44,284 nt of DNA from Planctomycetota bacterium (GCA_021780285.1 JAJXZA010000134.1:1-44284); one strand, 5' to 3'; numbered from the stretch's first letter, positions 27,522 through 37,241 are shown. Numbers and translations are program-made. The notes: generated by a model not told the origin, from the sequence alone.

Positions 27522-30431
27522 TCAGTTGGCCTTGGCCGGCGCAGGTTCGGTGCGAATACGAATGGTCGCTGCCGGAAGTCCTGCACTGTGGGCCGTTACG
27601 CTGATTACCCCGGCCTGATGGCCCGTACGCACCAGCACCATGCACCGCCCGAAAAACGCCCGGCTGTACGAAGCCTCGTTGGGAATATGACTGGCGGGGT
27701 TTCCGTTGCTGGTGCCGGCAATGGTCCCTGGTCCACTGATGCTGAAAGTTACCTTTCGCATGGAATGGGTTACGACGTTGCCGGCGCCATCCAATATGCG
27801 AACAGCCACCGGAGCGATGCTTTGCCCGTCGGCTGTAAGCGTTGGCCATTGGTTAGTAAGCTTAATGGTCGCCGCCGGGCCTGGGGTGACATCACCATAG
27901 CTTGCGACCATGTGCCCATCGTTGTAGCCGCGAACCAGTAATTTGCCCGGCTTATAGGGCACCTTCCAATCAACATAGCCAAAAGGCCTAAAGGTTTTTC
28001 GACCCAGATTTTTACCATTGGCAATCAGTTCTACCTGCTGACAATTGGAAAAACAGCGAACTGTGATGGGCGAGCCAATCTTGGTGCCGGGCAAATCCCA
28101 CTGGGGCTGAATGTAGACCATCGGTCTGGTGGTCCAGGCAGCCTTGTAGTAATAGGCATCAGGCTTTGGAAAGCCGCAAATGTCGAGCAAGCCGAAGTGC
28201 GAATTGATGTCGGGCCATTGGTAGGGAGTTGGTTCGCCGCGATAGTCAAACCCCGTCCAGATAAAGCCTCCGGCAATATAGGGCCTGCGGCCGATGGGTC
28301 CCCAGGCAGCCCAAGGCAACTGTGACCAACTGCTGTGAACCGTGTACTGTGTGACCAGGCCCCTGGCTTTATTGCTTTGCATGATGCCGCGGTCACTTTC
28401 AGAACTGCCGGTTTCACTGGAGAAAATGGGCTTATGCGGCAGCGCTTGGTGCATGGGCGTGTACTGCCCAGGGGCATAGTTGATGCCGAGCAAATCTTCG
28501 GCGGTTGTAAAGCCGTGCGGGTACCCGCCGCTCATCGCGCAGGTGATGGGGCGCGTGCGATCAAGCTTATGCACCGCCTGCATGGCATGCTTGAATATTT
28601 TGGCTCCGAAGGGTGTTCCCTGAATTTTAAATTCCTCATTGCATAGCGACCACATGATAATGCAGGGGTAGTTGCGGTCGCGCAATATCATCGTCTGGAG
28701 GTTGTGAAAATCACCGTAGGGTACGCCAGGGTGAGACTTTGCCATTCCGTATTTGCCGCCGAGGCGCACATCGCCTAAAGCGCGGTTTTCATCCATAACC
28801 AGCATGCCCAGGTGATCGCAGGCGTTATAGAGCGCCGTGCCCATGGGGTTGTGCGAGCAGCGATAAGCGTTCGAGCCTATGCGCTTAAGACGGGCCACGC
28901 GCCACCACCACAAATCATCCGGCATTCCGATGCCTACCGCCGGGAAGTCCTGGTGGTTGCAGGTGCCATTAAGTTCCACATGCCTGCCATTGAGGAAGAA
29001 CCCGTGGTTTACTGTGTAGCGAATGGTCCGCACGCCAAAATGCACCGCCTTGGCGTCAATCAACTGACCATTGGTATCCATGAGTTGTGTTTTAAGCGTG
29101 TATAAATTGCAATGGTGCAGCGACCATAACATGGCGGGCTGCAGAGCCACGTGCTGCACAAACGTGGCAGTCGCGCCGGGGGCGAGGGTTTCTGATTGCG
29201 AAGTGGAAACGCTGCCGGCAGCCGAGCCTGCCGAGCTTTTTAAACCGGTCGAACGACGCCAGCTCGCTGAGCCCGACACCGTTGAACTAAGCGTAAAGTG
29301 CGCGGCATGGGCCACATGATTAACAACGGTGGTTTGGAGCGTTAAAGCCGCAGATGCGGTATCGCCCACCCCAGGTTCATGGTGTATGGGGCCGATGATA
29401 TGGGAAATAGCGTAAGTGCCCCAGCGGGTGATGTGCAGTTTATGCATCGTAACCAACGATACATGGCGGTAGATGCCTCCGCCTTCGTACCACCAGCCCT
29501 CACGAATGCGCGGGTCAACATAAACCGCCAGCGTGTTGCGATGGCCGAACCGAAGATCGCGGCTGATGTCAAACCAAAACGGCGCATAACCGTCGGCATG
29601 TTCGCCGACATATTTGCCATTGACGTACACCACCGCACCGCTCATGACGCCGCCAAAGCGTAACTGCACAATGTGTCCCTCGGCTGCGGCAGGGATCGTA
29701 AACGTTCGACGATACCAAACAGGGTATACGGGTAAGTAGCCATGAGAGCCATTGGCGTTCGGATCAAACTTGCCCTGTACAACAAAGTCGTTGGGTACAA
29801 GTACAGGTTTAAAGCCGTTGGCGGCATCTGCCACGCACGCGGGATTGGCGGCAAAGCTCTGCAGTGCATAGGCGCCAAGGGTTACGTTGCCCATGGTGGC
29901 GCCCTTTTGGCCTGGGTTGTGTACTAAAATGGTAAGCGTGTTGGAGTTTCGGCTCACGGCATTTGGCACGGCCACTTCAAACCATAGATAGCCCCCGCGA
30001 TGATCAGTGAGCAGTTTGCCATTAAGAAACACCAATGCACGGGTTCGCACCCCGGTGAACTGTAACATCACATGCGAGGCGCTCAGGTGCGGCAGCTTTG
30101 CCTGAAACCACGCGTAGCCTACCTTTCCATTAAACACATCGGCGCCGATTGTGTAACGATGCCATGCACCGCTGTTAAGATTGGCCGGCAGTGTCGTCGG
30201 TGGTTCATGCGTGCCAAGATTAGAAGTCTTCCATTGCCAGGCGGCAACGGCCATGGTGTGGCTTAGGAGTGTCGGTGCAGCGGGTTTAATTTGCCAGATG
30301 CCATCAAGCGATTGCACTTGTCGAGGCGGCAAACTTCGGCCGAGAGCTGGCATTGCGGGTGCCAACATCGCCAAGAATGCAGTCAAAAGCGCCACCGTGA
30401 TCAGGTGGCCAGGCGACTTAGGGAAAAGCAT
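27522..30431 (-). CDS. Glycoside hydrolase family 2 protein (beta-galactosidase/glucuronidase-like), secreted
   Basis: 969 aa with a signal peptide. GH2 sugar-binding region (FLNGKLLTDHRGGYLWFEV). TIM-barrel blocks RCSHNPMGTALYNACDHLGMLVMDE, acid/base MWSLCNEE, nucleophile region FSSETGS. C-terminal Ig-like domains. Confidence 0.9.
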   Translation of the reverse strand: MLFPKSPGHLITVALLTAFLAMLAPAMPALGRSLPPRQVQSLDGIWQIKPAAPTLLSHTMAVAAWQWKTSNLGTHEPPTTLPANLNSGAWHRYTIGADVFNGKVGYAWFQAKLPHLSASHVMLQFTGVRTRALVFLNGKLLTDHRGGYLWFEVAVPNAVSRNSNTLTILVHNPGQKGATMGNVTLGAYALQSFAANPACVADAANGFKPVLVPNDFVVQGKFDPNANGSHGYLPVYPVWYRRTFTIPAAAEGHIVQLRFGGVMSGAVVYVNGKYVGEHADGYAPFWFDISRDLRFGHRNTLAVYVDPRIREGWWYEGGGIYRHVSLVTMHKLHITRWGTYAISHIIGPIHHEPGVGDTASAALTLQTTVVNHVAHAAHFTLSSTVSGSASWRRSTGLKSSAGSAAGSVSTSQSETLAPGATATFVQHVALQPAMLWSLHHCNLYTLKTQLMDTNGQLIDAKAVHFGVRTIRYTVNHGFFLNGRHVELNGTCNHQDFPAVGIGMPDDLWWWRVARLKRIGSNAYRCSHNPMGTALYNACDHLGMLVMDENRALGDVRLGGKYGMAKSHPGVPYGDFHNLQTMILRDRNYPCIIMWSLCNEEFKIQGTPFGAKIFKHAMQAVHKLDRTRPITCAMSGGYPHGFTTAEDLLGINYAPGQYTPMHQALPHKPIFSSETGSSESDRGIMQSNKARGLVTQYTVHSSWSQLPWAAWGPIGRRPYIAGGFIWTGFDYRGEPTPYQWPDINSHFGLLDICGFPKPDAYYYKAAWTTRPMVYIQPQWDLPGTKIGSPITVRCFSNCQQVELIANGKNLGRKTFRPFGYVDWKVPYKPGKLLVRGYNDGHMVASYGDVTPGPAATIKLTNQWPTLTADGQSIAPVAVRILDGAGNVVTHSMRKVTFSISGPGTIAGTSNGNPASHIPNEASYSRAFFGRCMVLVRTGHQAGVISVTAHSAGLPAATIRIRTEPAPAKAN

Positions 30432-30701
30432 GGAATATCTCCGGTATTAGCGTGCATAAGCTCCACTGCGGGCAAATGGTAGTCAGAGGAGAGTCCCTTG
30501 TCTACAGGCATCTTACACGGCTGCCATGATCATTTAGAATTTATTGCGCAGCGGCGACTCTCGCTGCCGCAGTAGATGGTGCCTGCTGGGCGGTGAGGTG
30601 CTGACAACCGCACCGCGTAGCGTACATTGCCAGCGTAAGTTCCGTGCGCGGCGCTGCCGCTGGTCTATTCTATATGATAAAATGCCTTCCATCGCAGATG
30701 C

Positions 30702-31787
30702 TTGTGCTTGCGGTACGGTGGTATTGGAGATTTGCGTTTGCTGCTGACTTTAGAAATTGAACCTGATGCGCGGGTGGCGCTCTTTGGAGCGGCAGACCGT
30801 CATCTTAAGGCCTTGCGCTCGGCTTTTGATGTGCATTGTTCTGCGCGCGGCGGCGAACTTCGCTTGAGTGGCGAGCCGTCCGCAGTGGAGCAGGCCGCTA
30901 TCGCTCTTGCCGATATGCGCCGCATGCTGCGTACGCACCCCGGCTTAAGCGTGCAAATGGTGCAAGACGCAATTCGCACCGCCCGACACCACCACAAGAC
31001 CGGTAAGAGCGACAGCGGAGAAATGATGGATGTTGCCACCGGCGCCGGCCCGGTGCAGCCGCGTACCGAAGGCCAGAAACGGTACATCGAGGCCATGTTG
31101 CGCCATGACCTCGTGTTCTGCTCAGGGCCGGCGGGCACCGGCAAAACATTTCTGGCGGTGGCCTTTGCCGTCAGCTTGTTGCGGCGTGGTGCGGTGCGTC
31201 GCCTGGTATTGGTGCGGCCGGCTGTCGAAGCCGGCGAAAAGCTCGGTTTTTTACCCGGCGATGTACAGGCCAAGGTTAACCCATACTTGCGTCCGTTGCT
31301 TGATGCGCTGCATGATTTAATGCCCTTTGAACAAATTCGTCGCTTCATGGCCAACGATGTCATAGAACTGGCCCCGCTGGCCTATATGCGCGGTCGTACG
31401 CTCAATGAAGCCATCGTTATTCTTGACGAGGCGCAAAATACCACGCCCTCGCAAATGCTGATGTTTTTGACGCGGCTTGGCAGCAGCGGCAAAATGATTG
31501 TTACGGGCGACCCATCGCAGGTTGACCTTGAAGCCGGCCAAGTGAGCGGGCTGCGCGATGCCGGCTCCAAACTCAAACGTATGGGTGGCGTGGCTTTTGT
31601 TGAATTGCAAAAAAACGATATCGTGCGGCACCAACTGGTGCAGCAAATTGTTCAAGCCTATGAACGACCGGGAAGTCATCGGCGACGAGTGACGTCCGAT
31701 GCTGCAGTTTTCGCCGATGCGAGCGCAGGCCATCCAATGGCCGCCCCGGACGGCGATGGCGAAACATCGTTGGGCGTTGCAACCTGA
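30702..31787 (+). CDS. PhoH family ATPase
   Basis: Walker A GPAGTGKTFLAV, RPAVEAGEKLGFLPGD, ILDEAQN, VTGDPSQVDL. Start uncertain: TTG 30702 from the track, or TTG 30738 after GGAG. Confidence 0.88.
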   Translation: MCLRYGGIGDLRLLLTLEIEPDARVALFGAADRHLKALRSAFDVHCSARGGELRLSGEPSAVEQAAIALADMRRMLRTHPGLSVQMVQDAIRTARHHHKTGKSDSGEMMDVATGAGPVQPRTEGQKRYIEAMLRHDLVFCSGPAGTGKTFLAVAFAVSLLRRGAVRRLVLVRPAVEAGEKLGFLPGDVQAKVNPYLRPLLDALHDLMPFEQIRRFMANDVIELAPLAYMRGRTLNEAIVILDEAQNTTPSQMLMFLTRLGSSGKMIVTGDPSQVDLEAGQVSGLRDAGSKLKRMGGVAFVELQKNDIVRHQLVQQIVQAYERPGSHRRRVTSDAAVFADASAGHPMAAPDGDGETSLGVAT

Positions 31788-31890
31788 GGCGCAAAGCATT
31801 TACGGCCGGTACTTCGGAAAAGCTGATGTTGAACGCTTCAAAGCCGATGTACCGTGCATAAACCGCGCTCTGGGCGAGGTATCGCCCGGC

Positions 31891-32166
31891 TTATAAGCCG
31901 GCGCGAAGCAGACGTTCTGCCTCGGCCCAGTCCGATTCGGCGCTGCCAGGGCCAAAGCCACGGGCTAGATAAATTTTGTAGGCACGTACAGCAATCTGTT
32001 CGTGCGTCGGGTTGACGGCCGCCTTTGGCGTCGCGGCGGTTCTGGCGGGTGCGGCCAGCGTGCCGCTTCCTTTTGCTTCCGAGCGGCCGATGGGGGCGGC
32101 TGCCGCCGGCGCGGCGACTTTGGTTACAGGTGCGGGAGCGGGTGTCGTTTTTTTACGAAGTGCCAT
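31891..32166 (-). CDS. DUF2934 domain-containing small protein
   Basis: The C-terminal HEQIAVRAYKIYLARGFGPGSAESDWAEAERLL matches the DUF2934 pattern (I..rAY.i...RG...G...dDW..AE). AGGAG upstream of ATG 32166. Confidence 0.7.
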   Translation of the reverse strand: MALRKKTTPAPAPVTKVAAPAAAAPIGRSEAKGSGTLAAPARTAATPKAAVNPTHEQIAVRAYKIYLARGFGPGSAESDWAEAERLLRAGL

Positions 32167-32644
32167 TTCAAATCTCCTGAAAAAAATCTTTGGCGAGCAC
32201 CGTTTCTAAAAGCCCCAATCCGTGGGGTTTTCAGGTTGGCTACGCAGGCTGGAACTCGTGGTGCCGACCAACGGCCAACAGCCGAATGTTGCAGTAATTT
32301 CGGCCCGTTGCGCGGGGACTTGTACCCTCACGCGGTGCTCGGTGCTGACTCTCCGAAACGATTACCGAAGAATCACACTTCTGTTGTAGTAACTTATGGG
32401 ACGCGAGTCAAGCGAATGCGGGCATCCTTCCGATAGGCATGTGTGATGGGAGATTTAACGCATTTGCGAGAAATGGATGTTTTGATGCAGAGCGTGATCG
32501 GGAGTTGCTGATAATACATGGTTCCTGCGTGTATAATAGCACGTACTTAAGCAAAAAGGCCGTTTTTTTAGGGCCTGCCAAGCTTCAAGAAGGTGGATAA
32601 AAGGCTGCGGAAATTGGTTGTTTCGTACTGTTAGAGGTCGGGGC

Positions 32645-33769
32645 ATGGCTGTGCTCGCCGATGATACCCAAACAGGTGTGCAGTTTGTAGAGCCGCAATC
32701 GCCGGATGTACTGGCCTTGCAGCATGCGGTAGATGCCGCCTCCGGGCACACACCGGAGCGTTCGGGAGTGTCTTCGCTTGCCCCGGTGGTGGCTTTGCGC
32801 CCGCAACGCCGAGCTCGCCTCGGTTGGCTTAATGTATCATTTGTATGGATCGCTTCGCTGCTGATCCACGTGAGCGTATTTTTGGGCTTGTTGATCGCCA
32901 TCCGCGCTATCTCAAAGAAAATGACCCCCCAGCAGCCTCCGATGGTGGTGCCGGATTCATTTTTTCATGGCGGTAAAAAGGCTGATCGCACCGTTAATTC
33001 TGACGTCGGCGAAATGCACGCAGCTGCGCGGCATCGCGAGCAACTGGCCTCCGCGGCTTGGCAGCATTCCACATCGCCCCAGTCGCTCTCTAACTTGCTG
33101 CAGGGTGACAGCGCCAGCCAGAAGCCGGCGATTATTGGGCTTGGCTCGGGCGCTGCTGCTTCGGGTGGGCTTTTTGGGCTGCGCAGCGGTCCCGGTGGCG
33201 CGCTGGGGGTGGTTTCGCAAGGCCTGGGGCAGGGGCCCGAGACGACATTTTTTGGCGTGCGAACCCGCGCCAAAACCGTAGTTTATATTATTGATCACTC
33301 CGGCTCGATGATTAATCGGCTGCATCTGGTCAAAGCTGCGGTGCGAATTTCGGTGCATCAACTCATGCCATTTCAGCGTTTTGCCGTTATAGCGTTTTCC
33401 GATAAATATCAGGTGCTTACCGGGCGCATGCCCGTGGCTGCAAAGCCTGTTGAAGTGGCTGCGTTTGACCGAAGTCTTGATGACCTCGTAGCCGAAGGCC
33501 ATAACGATGACGAACTTCAGCCCTTCCTGCAGCCCTTTAAAGTGGCCTTTGCCATGCGACCCCAAGCTATTTACTTTCTAACGGACGGGCACTTTGACGC
33601 CCGGTTGCTTGCGCGCGTGCAGCGGTTGGAACAGACCACCCCGGTACGCGTGTATACACTCGACTTTTTGGATAGAACTCCCCGGTTCATCGCACTCATG
33701 CGAAGATTAGCCCACGAAACGGGCGGTACGTTTCATTTAATTACTCGTGCTGAGCTGGGGGGAACGTGA
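32645..33769 (+). CDS. Membrane-anchored vWA domain protein with TonB/TolA-like N-terminal anchor (intact MIDAS)
   Basis: TM anchor SFVWIASLLIHVSVFLGLLIAI (S-x3-H). Gly/Ser-rich linker. vWA fold with MIDAS residues VVYIIDHSGSM ... FLTDG. GAGG lies 8 nt upstream of ATG 32645. Confidence 0.8.
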   Translation: MAVLADDTQTGVQFVEPQSPDVLALQHAVDAASGHTPERSGVSSLAPVVALRPQRRARLGWLNVSFVWIASLLIHVSVFLGLLIAIRAISKKMTPQQPPMVVPDSFFHGGKKADRTVNSDVGEMHAAARHREQLASAAWQHSTSPQSLSNLLQGDSASQKPAIIGLGSGAAASGGLFGLRSGPGGALGVVSQGLGQGPETTFFGVRTRAKTVVYIIDHSGSMINRLHLVKAAVRISVHQLMPFQRFAVIAFSDKYQVLTGRMPVAAKPVEVAAFDRSLDDLVAEGHNDDELQPFLQPFKVAFAMRPQAIYFLTDGHFDARLLARVQRLEQTTPVRVYTLDFLDRTPRFIALMRRLAHETGGTFHLITRAELGGT

Positions 33770-33909
33770 CGCGGCTGGCACAGCTTGAGGGTTGTGTGTC
33801 AAAGTTGTCACGGTGCGGCGTATACTCCCTGGAAGGCGCCTGTGCGGCCAGCCGGCCTATTTGCTTATAAAAACGATGCTTCCGACAAAACCTGTCGGCG
33901 GGGTTTATT

Positions 33910-33927
33910 CTGGTACGCCGGTTGCAT
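33910..33927 (+). promoter_or_regulatory. Candidate sigma-54 (-24/-12) promoter
   Basis: CTGGTACGCCGGTTGCAT reads as TGGTAC-N5-TTGCA with the exact GG-N10-GC spacing. It is intergenic, about 75 nt upstream of the ATG at 34003. rpoN is present in this window. Confidence 0.5.
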
Positions 33928-34002
33928 ATAAAAGCGTCGGTGGAATGCAGGTCTCCTCCAATTTGGGCCTGCGCGCGTTAAACAACTGGCGGAGCGAATG
34001 TT

Positions 34003-35124
34003 ATGAGTCGAGCAGCTTCCGATCCTGGTGCCGGGCAGCCAAGGAAGTCAAAACCTTCCGCGAGCGGCGGCGAACCAAAGAAGGCGCCGTCAACAACTTC
34101 AAAGATGGAAAAGCTCAAGGGCGGTGCTGTTGCGGCAGGCCAGGCTTCGGATGAGTCGGAGGAGGAGGAATTAGAAACAGCCGGCAATGAATTGCCGGAG
34201 TGGGTGGATCGCTCCTTTCCGTGGATTGCATCATTTTTGATTCATGCGGGCGTGTTTCTGCTGTTTATATTTGCCTACGAGGCGATATCAACGGTGGTCA
34301 AACAACATGCCGAGCCGATTATCGTTCCGCAGGGTCTGCAGCAGAAATTCAGCAATCATCCGGGCGGCATTCCGCATCCGGGACATAACGACAACCCGAC
34401 ACGCAGCGCCCGGCAAGACCTGCAGAAGCTCACGAGCCACGCATGGAATACCAATAAGTCTCCCAAGGTTACTTCGCTGCTCAACAGTTCCAATAAATCG
34501 CTGAATATAATTGCGGTCGGCCCCAATGGCGGCACGTCATCGGGCGGCGGCCTGGCGCCGTTTGGCGTGCCCGGCGGCGGCATGGGCGACGGGCCGCAAT
34601 CAGCCTTCCTGGGCCGTGGCGGTAATGCGCGTCGTATTGTTTACATTATTGACCACGAAGGCGACATGCTCGAAAACTTCAGCTTTTTAAAGGCGCAGTT
34701 GCAAAGCTCTATAGGTAAATTGGTGCCTTTGCAATCCTTTGCCGTCATCATCTTCCGGAAAAACTACAGCATTTTGGGACCGCCGCGGCTTATGCATGCA
34801 ACGCTGCATAATAAAAATCTTTTCTACAAGCGGCTGGCTGACGTGGCGCCTCACGGACGGGCGGAGTACCGCTTTGAGCGATTTTACCGTCCATTTCAGG
34901 CCGCTTTTGAAATGCACCCACAGATTATTTACTTTTTAACCAGCGGTGCCTTTGATCCAAGGCTTATTGCCGCGGTCGCAAAGCTTAACAGTAAGCATAC
35001 GGCTCACATTTTCACTTATGCTTTTACCAACAACGATCCAACGTTTACCAAAAATCTCAAATTGCTGGCCAGTCAAAATGGCGGTGAATACCGCTATATT
35101 TCGCGTGCGGATGCGGGTGGTTAA
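34003..35124 (+). CDS. Membrane-anchored vWA-like protein, paralog of 32645..33769 (degenerate MIDAS)
   Basis: Same architecture as the upstream paralog: anchor SFPWIASFLIHAGVFLLFIF, Gly-rich linker, then IVYIIDHEGDM ... FLTSG, so the MIDAS Ser/Ser/Asp positions are replaced. GGAG lies 8 nt upstream of ATG 34003. Confidence 0.8.
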   Translation: MSRAASDPGAGQPRKSKPSASGGEPKKAPSTTSKMEKLKGGAVAAGQASDESEEEELETAGNELPEWVDRSFPWIASFLIHAGVFLLFIFAYEAISTVVKQHAEPIIVPQGLQQKFSNHPGGIPHPGHNDNPTRSARQDLQKLTSHAWNTNKSPKVTSLLNSSNKSLNIIAVGPNGGTSSGGGLAPFGVPGGGMGDGPQSAFLGRGGNARRIVYIIDHEGDMLENFSFLKAQLQSSIGKLVPLQSFAVIIFRKNYSILGPPRLMHATLHNKNLFYKRLADVAPHGRAEYRFERFYRPFQAAFEMHPQIIYFLTSGAFDPRLIAAVAKLNSKHTAHIFTYAFTNNDPTFTKNLKLLASQNGGEYRYISRADAGG

Positions 35125-35196
35125 TGGCCTGCCGCGGGCTTGTGGCACGCGGGGTTTACGACTTAAAAGATTGTTCCTACCTTTTGGAGGTTTTTC

Positions 35197-36054
35197 ATGC
35201 TTCGCAGTTTCAGGTTTGCCGGTGTCTTTCAGAAGTCTTCCGTGCGGATGGGCGCGTCGGCTGCGGCCGCAATGCTCGTCTTGGGAGGGCTTGCTAGCAC
35301 TGCGTCGGCTCAGAGCGTTGGCAGCGGCACCACGGTGTATCACCCCAATCCCATTCTTATGGGGCTGGATTACACAGTGATTGTTGTGCTGGTTTGTGCG
35401 TCGCTTGCGAGCATCGCGCTGATTATTGATGCGATCATTCACATCAAGGAATCGCGCATCGCCCCGGTCGAAACAATCGAGCATATTCGTACGCTCATTA
35501 ACGCCCGACAATTCAAAGACCTCATGGACTTTACCGCCACCGACGAATGTTTCGTCAGCAAGGCGTTGTTTGCCGGTGTGCGACGCGCTCATCTGGGTTA
35601 CTCCGCAATGCGCGAAGGGCTTGATACGGCCGCGGCCGAGCAGTCGTCAAATCTTTTCCGCCGCATTGAAATGCTTAACGTCATCGGCAATATCGGCCCG
35701 CTGATCGGTCTGCTGGGCACCGTGCTGGGTATGATCATGGCATTTATGGCCCTGCATTACACCGGTGGCAACGCCAAAGTCAACGATCTCTCGGCCGGTA
35801 TCGCCACGGCATTGTGGCATACCTTTGGCGGCCTGGCGGTGGCAATTCCATCGCTGATCGCCTTTGGCTTTTTCCGAACAAAGATTGACAAGATGGCCAT
35901 GCGGGCCACGCTGCTGTCAGAAGAATTGCTCGAATCGCTGCGCCCGCAAGATTCCAAGAGCGCTGCAACGCCAATGGGTGCTGCGGCGGCATCCGGTGGA
36001 ACGGCCGTAGCTCGCCCGGTGCCTCGTCGTGCGGAAGCTGCGAAAGAAGCCTGA
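35197..36054 (+). CDS. MotA/TolQ/ExbB proton channel family protein
   Basis: Three-TM core including IGPLIGLLGTVLGMIMAF and GIATALWHTFGGLAVAIPSLIAFGFF. Signal-peptide-like N-terminal extension. GGAGG lies 6 nt upstream of ATG 35197. Confidence 0.88.
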   Translation: MLRSFRFAGVFQKSSVRMGASAAAAMLVLGGLASTASAQSVGSGTTVYHPNPILMGLDYTVIVVLVCASLASIALIIDAIIHIKESRIAPVETIEHIRTLINARQFKDLMDFTATDECFVSKALFAGVRRAHLGYSAMREGLDTAAAEQSSNLFRRIEMLNVIGNIGPLIGLLGTVLGMIMAFMALHYTGGNAKVNDLSAGIATALWHTFGGLAVAIPSLIAFGFFRTKIDKMAMRATLLSEELLESLRPQDSKSAATPMGAAAASGGTAVARPVPRRAEAAKEA

Positions 36055-36183
36055 TCGCGCAATGTCGGTAGGCCCCCGGCCGAGCCATCGCGTGATCGCC
36101 GGGGCGGGGTTTATGCGTCCGCGGTTGTGCACGAGCCGGAAGGGACTGCTGCGGAGTCAGCGCGAATTTTGGAGTAATGCCTT

Positions 36184-36633
36184 ATGGGATTGCGTCGCGG
36201 CATCAAGCCGATGGAAAGTGAGCACGTCAATGTGACGCCGCTGATAGATGTGGTCATGTGCCTGATCATCTTCTTCCTGCTGGTTGGGCACATTGCCAAA
36301 AAGGCGGCGGTCAAGGGTGTGCATCTTCCCAACGCCAAAAACGGCGCTGATCTTGCCGACAAGAGCGGCGAGGTGATTATCAATGTCGTGCCGCGGCGCA
36401 GCGATAGTTCGGGCGTTCAGCATGCTCCAAAGATTATTGTATGGGGTCAGGATATCGGCTATGAGCAACTCAAGGCCGAGCTTCGCAAATATAAAGCGAG
36501 CAATCCTAACCTTAAACTCGTGATTCGCGCCGATAAGAGCACACACTTTAAGTATATAGCCCCGGTGCTTGAAGACTGCGCCTCGGCCGGCATTTCAAGC
36601 ATTCACTTTATGACCAAAAGGCCGAACTCTTAA
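36184..36633 (+). CDS. Biopolymer transport protein ExbD/TolR
   Basis: NVTPLIDVVMCLIIFFLL with the conserved TM Asp. Periplasmic domain LKLVIRADKSTHFKYIAPVLEDCASAGI. Confidence 0.88.
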   Translation: MGLRRGIKPMESEHVNVTPLIDVVMCLIIFFLLVGHIAKKAAVKGVHLPNAKNGADLADKSGEVIINVVPRRSDSSGVQHAPKIIVWGQDIGYEQLKAELRKYKASNPNLKLVIRADKSTHFKYIAPVLEDCASAGISSIHFMTKRPNS

Positions 36634-36666
36634 CCGGGTTCGCCGCTGTTTTATAGAAGGTGTACT

Positions 36667-37113
36667 ATGGCTGGTCGCAGAAAAGTCGGTATGCAACACG
36701 GTATGCATGTGGGGCCCAATATGACGCCCATGGTGGACGTGGTGATGGTGATCCTGATTTTCTTCATGTTAGGCAGTTCGTTTTCTTCGCCGGACTGGTA
36801 CCTTACCAACAATACCCCGGCCATCAAGGGGGGGTTAAGCAACACCAAAACCAAGCCCATGCCCGCCACCCGACTTATTATCAAGCTGGAGATGCGCGGC
36901 ACGCACACCATGGCATCGCTGCCTGGCCTACAGACCGAAGACCTTTCAGGTGAGTTGTACCATCGGCTCGAGGCTAAACGACAAGTGCTTGGCAAGGATG
37001 TGCAGGTGCTTATTAAGCCATCGGAAGATGTTCCATATCAGGACCTGATTACGGTGTATAGCGATTGCGTGGGCGCGAGGTATCAGCATGTCGCCTTTTA
37101 CGCGCCGGCCTGA
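36667..37113 (+). CDS. Biopolymer transport protein ExbD/TolR (second copy)
   Basis: NMTPMVDVVMVILIFFML with the conserved TM Asp. C-terminal VLIKPSEDVPYQDLITVYSDC. Confidence 0.88.
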   Translation: MAGRRKVGMQHGMHVGPNMTPMVDVVMVILIFFMLGSSFSSPDWYLTNNTPAIKGGLSNTKTKPMPATRLIIKLEMRGTHTMASLPGLQTEDLSGELYHRLEAKRQVLGKDVQVLIKPSEDVPYQDLITVYSDCVGARYQHVAFYAPA

Positions 37114-37241
37114 CCGGGCTGGGCATGAACTGCCGCGCGACACCCGGGGCAGCTAAGTGGCGTAGTGGAAGCTCATGTGCGGCCTGTGCCAACGGTGGAG
37201 TCGCCTGTACAGGCAAGCAACAAGGATGGAAACTCTCGGCT

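Noticed and set aside
31886-31901. Perfect 16-nt palindrome CCGGCTTATAAGCCGG overlapping the DUF2934 stop codon
   Set aside because: It could help terminate the convergent phoH and DUF2934 transcripts, but it has no T-run on either side and a central loop of only 2-4 nt. Noted, not called.
32208-32231. Hairpin AAAGCCCCA-atccg-TGGGGTTTT in the DUF2934 leader region
   Set aside because: It has only about 5 strong GC pairs, and the U-tract is part of the stem. No upstream gene in either orientation needs a terminator there. It is too weak to call.
35137-35156. TGGCACGCGGGGTTTACG just upstream of exbB
   Set aside because: The -24 element is perfect, but the -12 position reads GTTT with no GC dinucleotide. 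It is unlikely to be a functional sigma-54 promoter. The same applies to TGGCACAGCTTGAGG at 33773-33787.
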